In this document: positions 40,457-52,485 of the stretch, in pieces
Layout: every line of letters begins with the position of its first letter
How positions within the stretch are numbered: position 1 is the first letter of the stretch
Origin: Eledone cirrhosa
Lineage: Eukaryota
Direction: 5' to 3'
DNA length: 64,000 bases
Assembly (NCBI GenBank): GCA_964016885.1
Contig: OZ024743.1
Span: forward strand, 106,640,001 to 106,704,000
Notes under the pieces: generated by a model
Told to the model about the DNA's origin: nothing
The model's input: only the letters and a program-made list of their open reading frames with translations
The model's database searches: none
Translations under genes and position numbers: made by a program

Positions 40457-40532
40457 TTGCCTCGTCCGACGAACGAATGAGGACGTTTCTTTCGTATTCG
40501 TCTTATTCGGGAAACCTCTGGTAATGAGGTAA
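40457..40532 (+). ncRNA. Type I hammerhead ribozyme, C4 core variant
   Basis: uugccucgu-CCGACGA-a-cgaaugaggacg...cgucuuauucg-g-GAAAC-cucug-GUA-augagguaa; 9-bp stem I (with wobbles), about 11-bp stem II. Confidence 0.75.
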
Positions 40533-40555
40533 TTATAATGTATTGTTTATTATAC

Positions 40556-40604
<49 letters not shown>

Positions 40605-40608
<4 letters not shown>

Positions 40609-40800
40609 TTAATATAGATGAGATTCTACAGGACTAGAACTGTTTCATTCTTTAGAAATCATCAGGAGATTCCTGATGATTTCTAAAGAATGAAACAGTT
40701 CTAGTCCTGTAGAATCTCATCTATATTAAAACTTTTATACTCTGCTATGTATTCAGTACCTTACTTACTGTGGTTACCTCCGATTCAACCCGGAATAACG
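40605..40800. mobile_element. Family B fold-back element (about 62 bp arms plus tail)
   Basis: 40605-40666 is the reverse complement of 40672-40733; axis at the HHR stem I 5' strand; in (TA)n. Confidence 0.85.
40666..40718 (+). ncRNA. Complete type I hammerhead ribozyme (family B)
   Basis: gagauuc-CUGAUGA-u-uucu-aa-agaa-u-GAAACag-uucuaguc-cuGUA-gaaucuc; predicted cleavage after 40711. Confidence 0.85.
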
Positions 40801-41019
40801 TATATATATATATATATATATACATACACACACATATATATATATATATATGTGTGTGGGGGGGGGTGTATGTGTGTGTGTGTGTGAGGGGGGGTGTGTT
40901 TGTGTGTGTGTGTGTGTGTGCGTATGTGCGTGTGTGTGTGTGTGTGTGCGTATGTGATGGTGTGTGTGTGTGTGCGTGTGCGGGTGTTTGTGTGTGTGTG
41001 TGTGTTTGTGTGTGTGTCG

Positions 41020-42485
41020 ACAATTGGTATCTGGAATGTTCACACCCCTTGCAGGTTAAGAGCAGGAACTAGTGTAGGTGGACAGCTGATACGGGCTAGA
41101 TATAGTCAAGGCTTCCTCAACAAAGTTCCTTGACTCTGATACTGTAGATTTGGACGGAGAATGGAAACTCCACTATTCAGGTGTGGTGCCAGAAATGACT
41201 GCACACTCACAAGCTCCCGGCTGTCAGAATGAGTTATGGACTGGGTCTCATTAAAAGGGATAATTTGTCTCTTGAATTTTAGGCTGAAATATGTGTATCG
41301 ATGCGTAGTGCAAGCTTATGCAGCAAAGTGTCCAAATACAGATACTTCCTTGATGAAGTCACTGTTGTGTTAGATGTATTTAACACTGAGTCGCATATCC
41401 TGACGAGAGACATCAATGCACATGTTGGAACTGAAGACCTGACATGGAAAGGAGGGACTGGAAGTAACGGTGACCCGGATCTAAATAAGAATGGAGAGGC
41501 CTTATTAGACTTCTGTTCTAGCAATGGGATTTATATTATGAACATCGTCCAGCACAGAGACATCCATTAATATACATGGTATATGGGGAGTCAGGGATAG
41601 AGATCAATAATTGATTTTGTTATTTTTTCGGATCTCTTTAATTCTATGCAGGATGTTAATGTTAAGAGAGAGGATGAGATGTCCACAGCTCAACATCTCG
41701 TTCTCTGCGTCGTGAGACTCTCTAAAGTCAATGTAAACCACGAAACAGTCATGTCCAGGGTGACATATAGGGTGAAGTGGGAAGCGTTCGGAGATAAGAA
41801 ATTCAGGACTAGATATGCAGATACTATTGCATCCACATTTAGAGAACTACCTGAGAAAACTGAGAACCGTAGCGAGCGAGAGAGAGTGTGTTTCTAATTC
41901 AGCTGTTAAATTCTGCGGGTGAAAGCAGATTGTGGGAGGCCTATGAAACTTGGTTTGGAAATTAGTCCTCTTTTTTACACTGGTGCTATAAGTAGGCACG
42001 GATAATCGTAGTAGGAACAGTAAAGATATGAAAAGATAAGATGTGGGAGGACATTGGGTGTAAGCTGGAATCCGACTTCAGATCAGCAAATAAAGAGTTC
42101 CAGCAGACCATTAGCTGACTTCATAATAAGAAGTCCTCCTCCACACACGCTATCAAGATCGCATCTCGGATTCTCCTCTCTTCAGAGGGGTGTAACCTTT
42201 GCGAGGTGGAGAGAATACTTTCTGATCTCCTAAGCCCCATCACAGCATCATCTCCTGATGTACACGGGGTGCATCTCTCGGAATATGAGGTCATAAGAGC
42301 AGTTAAAGATTTCAAATGTGTCCAAGCGGCTGGAGAAGATGAAATCCACCCCGATATATTAAAAGGCTTAAATATAGAATGTATTCTTTGGCTGAGATTG
42401 ATATGTTCGTGTCGGATGACCTGGATTTCTGGAAATGCACATAAGAAATGGTTATCGGGAGATTGATAATCCTTTTTCTTTTGGA
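41020..42485 (+). mobile_element. Decayed RTE-clade (Rex3/Expander-like) LINE: endonuclease to RT start
   Basis: [50 protein letters not shown]...KW..G. Confidence 0.8.
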
Positions 42486-43283
42486 ACAGTGTCTTATTGA
42501 AAATGTATTTGTACATTTAAGACAGAAAATAATAATGATTTCTACAATAATCACAAGGCCAGCAAATTTGGATGAAAGACAAAGCCAACCTGTGTTGGAT
42601 TAGGATATTTTATATAATTTTCTTAGTGATTAAATTTACGCTGAATTATAACACACTTCATAAAAAACAAAAATATGATATTTCAGTTGTATGAGGCGCA
42701 TGACTACGCTTAAGCAAAAATCAGTCGCACAATATATTTGAAATATGAATATTTGTAAAGAATGCTAATGTGTAAGAGGCATTTCTATGCACTGCAAACT
42801 CATATTTTACCTTATAGACAAAATCGTATTCAGAAGAAATGCACATAAATAGAGCAGGGTGATATCATTCTTCCAAACGATTGTACGAACAAATTTATGT
42901 TCCAAGACGTTGATTAGATTTTCAGAGTGATTTTTTTTCTTTCTTTTACATGCGGCCATCAGTTTACGAGCATGTCATGTAATGTTAAAATACGTATGCT
43001 TTGGTGCTTAAAATAGCAAGATGTTTACATGGCGTTTCCGTAGAGTTATGATCATGAAGACAACAACAACGTACAGTGAAAATATTATACAAAACAGAAA
43101 TCTCAAATAAGAGATGTCAATGAAAAATTTAAAATAATAATTAATAGATCAAATTACTAATGTCCACTCATTGCATTAATATTTACATTTTACTCAATAA
43201 TCGTTTCTAGTATGTTACATCTTTCGCTTTCACACTGTATATTTGTTTTTATATATATCTCAGCCCTTATCCCCGCCCCCTCA

Positions 43284-43377
<94 letters not shown>

Positions 43378-43380
<3 letters not shown>

Positions 43381-43568
43381 CAAATAAGACCCCGACGGCT
43401 GAGCTCAAGCCGTTTCGACGGCTAATTCTGTACAGAATTAGCCGTCGAAACGGCTTGAGCTCAGCCGTCGGGGTCTTATTTGTTCCTATTACCCACTCTA
43501 CTACCCTAAGTATTGAGTACTTTGGTGCGTTATGGTCCACCTGGTTCCTTACCACATTTCCTTCGTTA
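43378..43568. mobile_element. Family A fold-back element with a perfect 108-bp palindrome plus tail
   Basis: 43378-43485 is perfectly self-complementary with axis ctgt|acag; in (TA)n. Confidence 0.9.
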
Positions 43569-43597
43569 TATATATATATATATGTGTGTGTGTATGT

Positions 43598-43779
43598 AAA
43601 AGGTAAACAGAAATAAAAACACAATCGGTACAGTATATGGAAAGAATATATTAGGTTAACGCCTGAAATAGGAGGAAGAGGGACTTAACGTTTCGGGCGC
43701 TAGTCCTTCATCAGAAGGAATAATGAGAAATTAGATAGATTGAGGGGACGGTTGGTTTGGAATGGAAAAAATGTATTTA

Positions 43780-43780
<1 letters not shown>
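43598..43780 (-). mobile_element. Family C pLTR fragment with minimal HHR (43682-43716)
   Basis: Homologous to 6968-7150; CUGAUGA-a-gga-cuagcg-ccc-GAAAC-guuaa-GUC. Confidence 0.7.
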
Positions 43781-43855
<75 letters not shown>

Positions 43856-43857
<2 letters not shown>

Positions 43858-45443
43858 AGTATGTACACGTACATACATATATGTATACAGACGTACAGTA
43901 GTATGTATATATATATACATACATGCACACATACATATATGTACGTATGGATTTACCGAAAATTTATTATAATGCTCGGTGTGTTTGTAAACAAACATCT
44001 CGTATTAAGCCGTAGTGTCCAGCAACCATCGTTGCTCGTTTGTTCAACACTGACAAAGGAACGCTGAACGAGTTTCAAGCTTATTAGCTATCGTCAGCAA
44101 CGTATACCTTCCTGCCAGCTGGTTGAATGTATATACTTACCTTATGCATATTAACGGATGAGTAGCCCAATTTGCATATCGAGTGGTTTAATCGGCCGAG
44201 TGCACCGAAAACGATAAACGGAAAAAAATGAAACGAAATTTTATTTCGCACTCTTAGTACGGCTGTTACTTAAATATAAGTATGTACACGTACATACATA
44301 TATGTATACATACGTACAGTAGTATGTATATATATATATATATATATATACATACATGCACACATACATATATGTACGTATGGATTCACCGAACATTTAT
44401 TATAATGCTCGGTGTGTTTGTAAACAAACATCTCGTATTAAGCCGTAGTGTCCAGCACCCATCGTTGCTCGTTTGTTCAACACTGACAAAGTAACGCTGA
44501 ACTTGTTTCAAGCTTATTAGCTATCGTCAGCAACGTATACCTTCCTGCCAGCTTGTTAAACATATATACTTACCTTATGCATATTAACGGGTGAGTAGCC
44601 CAATTTGCATATCGAGTAGTTTAATCGGCCGGGTGCAGCGAAAACGATAAACGGAAAAAAATGAAACGAAATTTTATTTCGCACTCTTAGTACGGCTGTT
44701 ACTTAAATATAAGTATGTACACGTACATACATATATGTATACAGACGTACAGTAGTATGTATATATATATATATATACATACATGCACACATACATATAT
44801 GTACGTATGGATTTACCGAACATTTATTATAATGCTCGGTGTGTTTGTAAACAAACATGCCGTATTAAGCCGTAGTGTCCAGCAACCATCGTTGCTCGTT
44901 TGTTCAACACTGACAAATCAACGCTGTACTAGTTTCAAGCTTATTAGCTATCGTCAGCTGTTACTTATATATAAGTAACAGCCGTACTAAGAGTGGGAAA
45001 TGAAATTTCGTTTCATTTTTTCCGTTTATCGTTTTCGGTGCAAGCGGCCGATTAACCCACTCGATATTGAAATTGGGCTACTCAGCCGTTAATATGCATA
45101 AGGAAAGTATATACGTTCAACAATCTGGCAGGAAGGTATACGTTGCTGACGATAGCTAATAAGCTTGAAACTAGTACAGCGTTCCTTTGTCAGTGTTGAA
45201 CAAACGAGCAACGATGGTTGGTGGGCACTACGGCTTAATACTGGATGTTTGTTTACAAACACACCGAGCATTATAATAAATGTTCGATGAACCCATACTT
45301 ACATATATGTGTGTGTGCATGTATGTATATATATATACATACTACTGTACGTCTGTATACATATATGTATGTACGTGTACATACTTATGTTTAAGTAACA
45401 GCCGTACTAAGAGTGCGAAAGGAAATTTCGTTTCATTTTTCCC

Positions 45444-45448
<5 letters not shown>
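43856..45448. mobile_element. Retrozyme-like tandem array of about 430-bp HHR-containing monomers, partly inverted
   Basis: Units 43856-44276, 44277-44709 and 44710-44958 (truncated), then an inverted unit about 44972-45391 plus a partial to 45448; HHRs at 44061-44103, 44494-44536, 44921-44957 (minus) and 45140-45182 (plus). Confidence 0.85.
45140..45182 (+). ncRNA. Complete minimal type I hammerhead ribozyme
   Basis: acguug-CUGACGA-u-agcu-aaua-agcu-u-GAAAC-ua-GUA-cagcgu; stem III palindrome acuagu; predicted cleavage after 45176. Confidence 0.85.
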
Positions 45449-45522
<74 letters not shown>

Positions 45523-46285
45523 GTTGATAAATAAAACAAACAAAACGCAGGAGGCAATTTTACAGTTATATTAGTTTAACACACCACACACACGCACAGA
45601 CACACGTACACACACTCACACACACATACACACACATACACACACACTCATACAGACATACGCACACACAAATACACACGCAAACACACTCACACACACA
45701 CACATACACACACATATATATATATATATACATATCCCTCTCCTGACGCTTTGTTTCTCTCTTATTTATCACTAATTTTCCATTGTCTTTCTACCTATTG
45801 TCTGTTTATCTATCTCCCTCTCTCTCCTTCTCTACCTCTCTACAAATCTCTTCGGTCTCTCTCTCTCTCACTCTCCCTCCCTCTCTCTTTGTCTTGATCA
45901 TTCTCTTTACTTACATCTCTCTCCTGTTCATGTCTTAGTCCTCTTTACATACCACTTAACTCTCGTTACATGTCTTTTTCACTCTCTGTTTTTATCACTT
46001 TCACCTCTCTCTACTGTTCTCTTCTTTTTCTCTGCTTTCCCCTACCTACCTCCCTTCAAGTGTTGTTTCTGTACTGACTTGCATCTTTATCTCGCTCATT
46101 CCACAATCTTTCAGCTATTATTTGTTTTATATATTCATAGTCTTTATTGTTCCTCTTTATTCTACAGACTCACAATAATTATATCATTTATACATTTTTC
46201 TCTCGTTAAACATTTCTTCTTTATCTACCAGTTTTATTCTCTTCCTCTGCTGTTATATCTCTCTTTCTCTCTCCTCTCTCTTCTC

Positions 46286-46352
<67 letters not shown>

Positions 46353-46395
46353 TTTTCTCTCTCCCTCTCTCTCTTTATATATTTATTATTTATAC

Positions 46396-46428
<33 letters not shown>

Positions 46429-46432
46429 TATC

Positions 46433-46510
<78 letters not shown>

Positions 46511-46584
46511 TATATATATATATATATAAATGAAAAGTATAGAAATTATTGTAGCAAGAAGCCAACATGTATATATATATATAT

Positions 46585-46649
<65 letters not shown>

Positions 46650-46711
46650 GTTTTCTATTATTCGCACACGCTCTCTTCCCCATTATCTCTCTCTCTTTAT
46701 CTCTCTCTCTC

Positions 46712-46928
<217 letters not shown>

Positions 46929-47949
46929 GTTCTCTATAGTTCGCGCTCGCTTTCTTACCCATTATCTCTCTTTCACTTTTTCTCTCCCAATTCACTGTTT
47001 TGTTGCTTTCATTTTTTTTCTAACACTCTCATTTAAAACTTTACTCATTATTACTCTATCTCTATTTCCTGTCTTGGCCATATTGTATCCAACGAGATGT
47101 TCATGTGAAATTCGTGCTATTAAGATTTCAGTATTTCTATTGATGTAATTAACACCTTTTTACTTACGAGCAATGGAACATATATTCGGTATTAATTATA
47201 TTTTCGTTGATTATTGGTATAAGGCATTTTCGCATTTACTCGTCATCTTTAATTCCTATAATTTCTTTTACTTTCTCGTCCTTTCTTTTCTTCTTGCTGC
47301 TCTAAATGTGAGCTTTAATATAAACAGAATCAAAATAATTAAATAATGAGATTTTTACGCAACATAGGATTCTGTTTATTTCATTGTAATAATTGGTGAG
47401 AAAATTGGTGTGAAAATGTTGCTATGATAATGTTAAATGAATTACGTTTTAAAGGATTAGAAGATGTATTCATATGTTGACATGTTTATAGAAAAGTATG
47501 CAATGGTTTAAACGTTATTATTTTAATTTTCTAAATTCGATGTATTGAAATGTGGTACGTTTAGATGAACATAACTATGCACTGAAAGAACATCATGCAA
47601 TTAATATGTCTGTTGATTCATTTTATTTTTCAAGCTTGAATACAGTAAATCCTCTATAAAAGCTAAGCTTGAATGTTCTCAAAGTTGGTAGCAAATGATA
47701 TAATATGGCAGAGTGTATAGTGTGTTCCTTCAAATAATCTTCCGAACACTGAAAAATTGTTTCATCTTCGATTTAATTTCAAGGAACTTGGCAAACAAGA
47801 AATCGTCATTAATGTATTTTCATCTTTACATTTGATACACAGTGTATCATTTGATACACAGTGTATATCAAGGAGTGCCTGTGACCAAATGGATATGCGA
47901 TTTAATTTTCTTGACAATTCAGTGAGTTTCAGTGATAAATGTTGTTGTT

Positions 47950-48303
47950 GGTAGATTACATATATCATTACAATATAACGTAAGAAAACCAACGATAAAG
48001 TCCTAAGTTTTGCAGGCATGGAAATACCTCTTGTCCGTACTATTAGAAAGAGGCAATTGGAATTTTTTAGCTACATGAACAGATGAGACAGTTTGGAAAG
48101 GCTGATTCTTAGTTGCAGGATCGTTGGAAAGTCGAAACAAAGTAGGCGAAGAACAAAATTTACAGACATCCTGAAAACTTAGGTCAACGAAAATAGGACG
48201 AGAAGGAGCAACTTCCTCCGGGACACGGACAACAGGAAGGACTGGAGAGCCAAGATCACCGATGTCTGAAACAGACCTGGCACCTGATTATGATGCTGAT
48301 AAT
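47950..48303 (+). mobile_element. RTE-clade LINE 3' fragment with (TGA)n-like tail
   Basis: KKTNDKVL....IRKRQLEFF.YM.R...LERLIL...I.G.....RRRTKFTD; ends gatta-tga-tgc-tga. Confidence 0.7.
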
Positions 48304-49546
48304 CTATGGATTGAAAATACTAGAAATACAATGTAGATAAAAGTATTGTACCCCAAAACACTGCTAGTACATGCAGTAGGTATAGACGTTTCTTAGTGCA
48401 GGTACACTTTATTCCCCTTGTCTCTGCTATATATTCACCAGTATATCTCAACGAATATATAATCCTTATTTCAGGGAATTTAGAACAATGCATACATAAT
48501 TCAAGCCTGGGTCGACTATGAGGCATATTAGTTCTAAAATACATATCAATTATATTAGAATTAATGTATATGGCTCAATATTCAACCTACACTTGTGCTC
48601 TTCACATAAGCATCACCCAAGCCTGTCATAATGCTATGGAAATATAACATTGGGCATTTGAACTACAAATACAATCCATCTGACATCCTTAAACCTTGGT
48701 TCTGTAGGCAAATGTTCCCTCGCATCTAATGATTGGAAAAATAAAAATTTATGTTAGAACAAACATGATATTGAGAGCCCATTCAATCGATACCAGTACT
48801 GAACGATTGTGAAGAAAAATACTTAGTGATTTCATATGTTGCCTGATCCAAGTATAATGAAAGGAACAAATAATGTTCCACATTTAATTTGCGACTGTTT
48901 ATCAAAATATATTATATCAAAATATATTATATCAAAATATATTTTATCAAAATATATTAGCGGGCTCAGTGATAAAAACGGCTGGGGGTGGTGAACTGAA
49001 AAGCGGCTCATAATTTCTAGTCAACGGTTACTTGGAATGAGAGAAACGAGGATTTGTATCTGAAAGACTTAACAGAATCTATGCATCAGCAACGTTGAAC
49101 GTATAAGGCATTTATTATACTAATATAAACATATGATAAACGCTTCAGGTTATGTGTATTTTATTATAACGGATATGAGCTTTATGTTTGTATTTAACTA
49201 CACAACAGGTTGTCATAAGGTAATACATTTCAACAGTGCGATAAAATTCCGAGTATTTAGACAATATATTTTCACATGATATATATATTTTGATCAGATG
49301 TGCTGATGAAACTCCAGTAGAAAATAATTTCCTGGCCTTCAAACTATTTCAATTAATATATACGTAACAACAAGCCATATATTAATCATCATCATCTTCA
49401 TCATCAGCATTATCATCATCATAATCACCATGATCATAATCAACAACAGCAGCTCCAGCATTCATTCATTCATTTTTTATATATCAATTTATTCTTCATA
49501 GATAAATGAGGATTACATATGTTTTGAGATTTTTGAATTTGTCTCT

Positions 49547-49622
<76 letters not shown>

Positions 49623-49665
49623 ACACCACACACTCCTTTTGTATAGTTATATACATATATATATA

Positions 49666-50311
49666 TAATGAAGGAATGAAGAATAACGCGAATAAGCTAT
49701 ACAGTAGCGTTTATTCCAAGTATTAACATTTCTTATTTCATTGTGTTTGTCATCTTGATATTTTTCATATTAATTATCTGTACACCTCAGTATAAATGCG
49801 CTGTATCGCAGTATGAAAGCAGTATTTTGATAATTTGGCTGTAATAAACAGTATTTAAAAGTGAATGTCGCAACAGCACTGCAGATAACGGTTTTTAAAC
49901 ACATCCAACCACATACTAGCCAATGAAATATATGTTAATACTTGGAATGAACCATATTGCATAGCTTATCAGTGTTATTCTTTATCCCTTCATTATTAAT
50001 ACTCCAGGAATTGCTTACCTACGAACTGTCAGAGACGCCACAACTAAGTCAACATCTTGTTGAATCATTAATATATAACTAACTAACTAAAGATATATAT
50101 ATATATATATATCTTATATATATATATATATATATATATATCTTTAGTTAGTTAGTTATATATTAATATATATATATTTAAATTAATGAGGTGTCGTATA
50201 AGGTAATCCAAGTAGAGGTTATGAGTAATCTGAATCGAGGAGGATTTTAATGTGCGGCATTATTTGATTCAACAAGATGTTGACTTAGTTGTGGCGTCTC
50301 TGACAGTTCGT

Positions 50312-50313
<2 letters not shown>
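49666..50313. repeat. Nested inverted-repeat cluster
   Basis: Diverged IR 49666-49742 vs 49921-49996; perfect 49-bp IR 50019-50067 vs 50265-50313; about 30-bp IR 50067-50096 vs 50138-50167 around a TA tract. Confidence 0.8.
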
Positions 50314-50392
<79 letters not shown>

Positions 50393-51172
50393 GTGTGTGT
50401 GCGTGTGTGTGTGTGGAGAGAGAGTGAGAAACAGAGAGAGAGAGATTCATAGTAAGAATTTAAGGTAATACAAATATATACATAAGTGTGTGCATGAATG
50501 TAATCGTGTTTGTATTCATTCGTATTAGTTTACATGTGTACATGCATGTACGTTTCAGTCCGATTCAACACAATTAAGAAAGGGACAGCTTGATTATACT
50601 TATAAATCTAAGCCACCTTTCCTGTCGTCATCTCCATGGACCAACCTCTTCTCCATTTCCTACCTGTTTCAATTACATTACAGGTAGTAATTATTTTTGT
50701 CTGAGCTATAAACACCATCTCCAGACATCATTAGATGAGATCTTTGACTTTTAATACAACTATTACAATACATCTAAGGTGAGCGTATTCATTTGTGAAA
50801 ATCGCTCCATCTCTCTCTTCTCAAAACAAACAATTCACGTTTCTTTCTATCTGTATTCTTTATTAGCTACATAATTCCAGATATACTATGTAAACGATGT
50901 CATAGCACATGCATACTACGTACTAAGATATTACAAATCTGCTATTCGCAGCTGCAACCTCGGTTATACTCATTATATATATATATATATATATGTAGGT
51001 AGAAATCCATATATAAATTTTGTCTCGCTGAGACCGGGTAGTCCACATAACAGGGGCGTACTCTATGCATATCAAGAACCAAAGTAGTTATAGAGGAAGA
51101 TTTTTTACCTTCTTCTTTCTCTCAATTTGCATATATATATATATGCAAAGTGAGAGAGGGAGAGATAGAGGG

Positions 51173-51258
<86 letters not shown>

Positions 51259-51459
51259 ACGTAAAAATCTCCCTCTATTACTAGGTTGGTACGAAAAAGA
51301 GATTTATCATGGCACCTGTCCTCATTGCCTAGTGTTTCTCTGTAATGCTTTAGTATGCATTTAGCGACTTCGTCACATGTGCCAGTTTTGAATTCTGAAC
51401 ATCAGGTGGGTTATTCAACCATTAGCGCTATAAGGCTAAACACTTAGATGAACAAGTGT

Positions 51460-52485
51460 CATTCGGGATTTACTGTTTGATGGTAATGTTGTACTTGCTG
51501 TAAAATCCCTCGGAGGGGTAGAAGCATTGATTGAATGCTCCTGACTTGCATGTAAACATTTAGTTTAAGAATTAGAAATAAGAAGACAGAAATGGTACAT
51601 CAATTAAGGTTAACCACCCCTAGACAATTAGAAGATACTGGGCAAGGACAGCCCGAGCCATGTTCTCATTGGTGTTAATGGATGGCAAGTATCTGATGTA
51701 TGTGAAATCCTTTACTCATATTGGAAGGAAGCTGAACCGCTCAGAATCGCTGGATGATGAGACAGAAAATCACATCTCAAAGGCAACTCACGCCTTTGTG
51801 AAACTACATCATCGTTTACGTGGTGTCAGATGTATATCCTTGAAAACGAAAGTTGCAGTTTATCGTGCAGCAGTACTGACAGCGCTTGTATGCGACTCGG
51901 AGTTACGGACACTATATTGCAACCACATTTATAAACTTTATGTCTTCCACAAGCAGTGCCTTCGCTCTAACTGTGGTTTATACATTTTCTGACAGTCATC
52001 AATGCCTGTCTATGTACGCGGTACAACATCGGGGGCATTGAGTAATTTCTGATGCAATCCCAACTGAGCTGGGCCGGTCATGTCCTGTGGAAAACTGAAG
52101 ACCGCACAGCCAATGTACTGTTATACAGTCAACTTCATAATAGTACATCTAATTTATTCAGATATAAAGACAAACTGAAATGTAAATTTACATCTGTTAA
52201 CATAACCCCTACTCTTTTTCTGAAGCCCTAGCTGCTGACCATTAAAAAAGTAGAAATGTCTGCCAGGAATGTGTAAATAACTTTGATGAGTCTCGTGTGT
52301 GTCTTTTTGGACATCTACATCTAAAACCAAGATCGACCAAACATCAAATACTGCCATTCGCATTAAATGCACCTTGATGTGTAAATCAGCAGCTAGACTA
52401 ACTTGCCATTGAAGGCATAACCATAAATATGAACTGAAAATACTGAACTCTCATATGTTGGAATACAATGGGTGAGTCCATCATA
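51460..52485 (+). mobile_element. Decayed RTE/BovB-like LINE 3' half
   Basis: VKSFTHIG..L......DDE....ISKA..AF.KL..R, ISLKTKVAVYRAAVL..L, FHKQCLR, QLSWAGHV. Confidence 0.8.

Noticed and set aside
43856-45448. CRISPR-like or prokaryotic repeat array
   Set aside because: Units are about 430 bp with no unique spacers, no cas genes, and a eukaryotic context.
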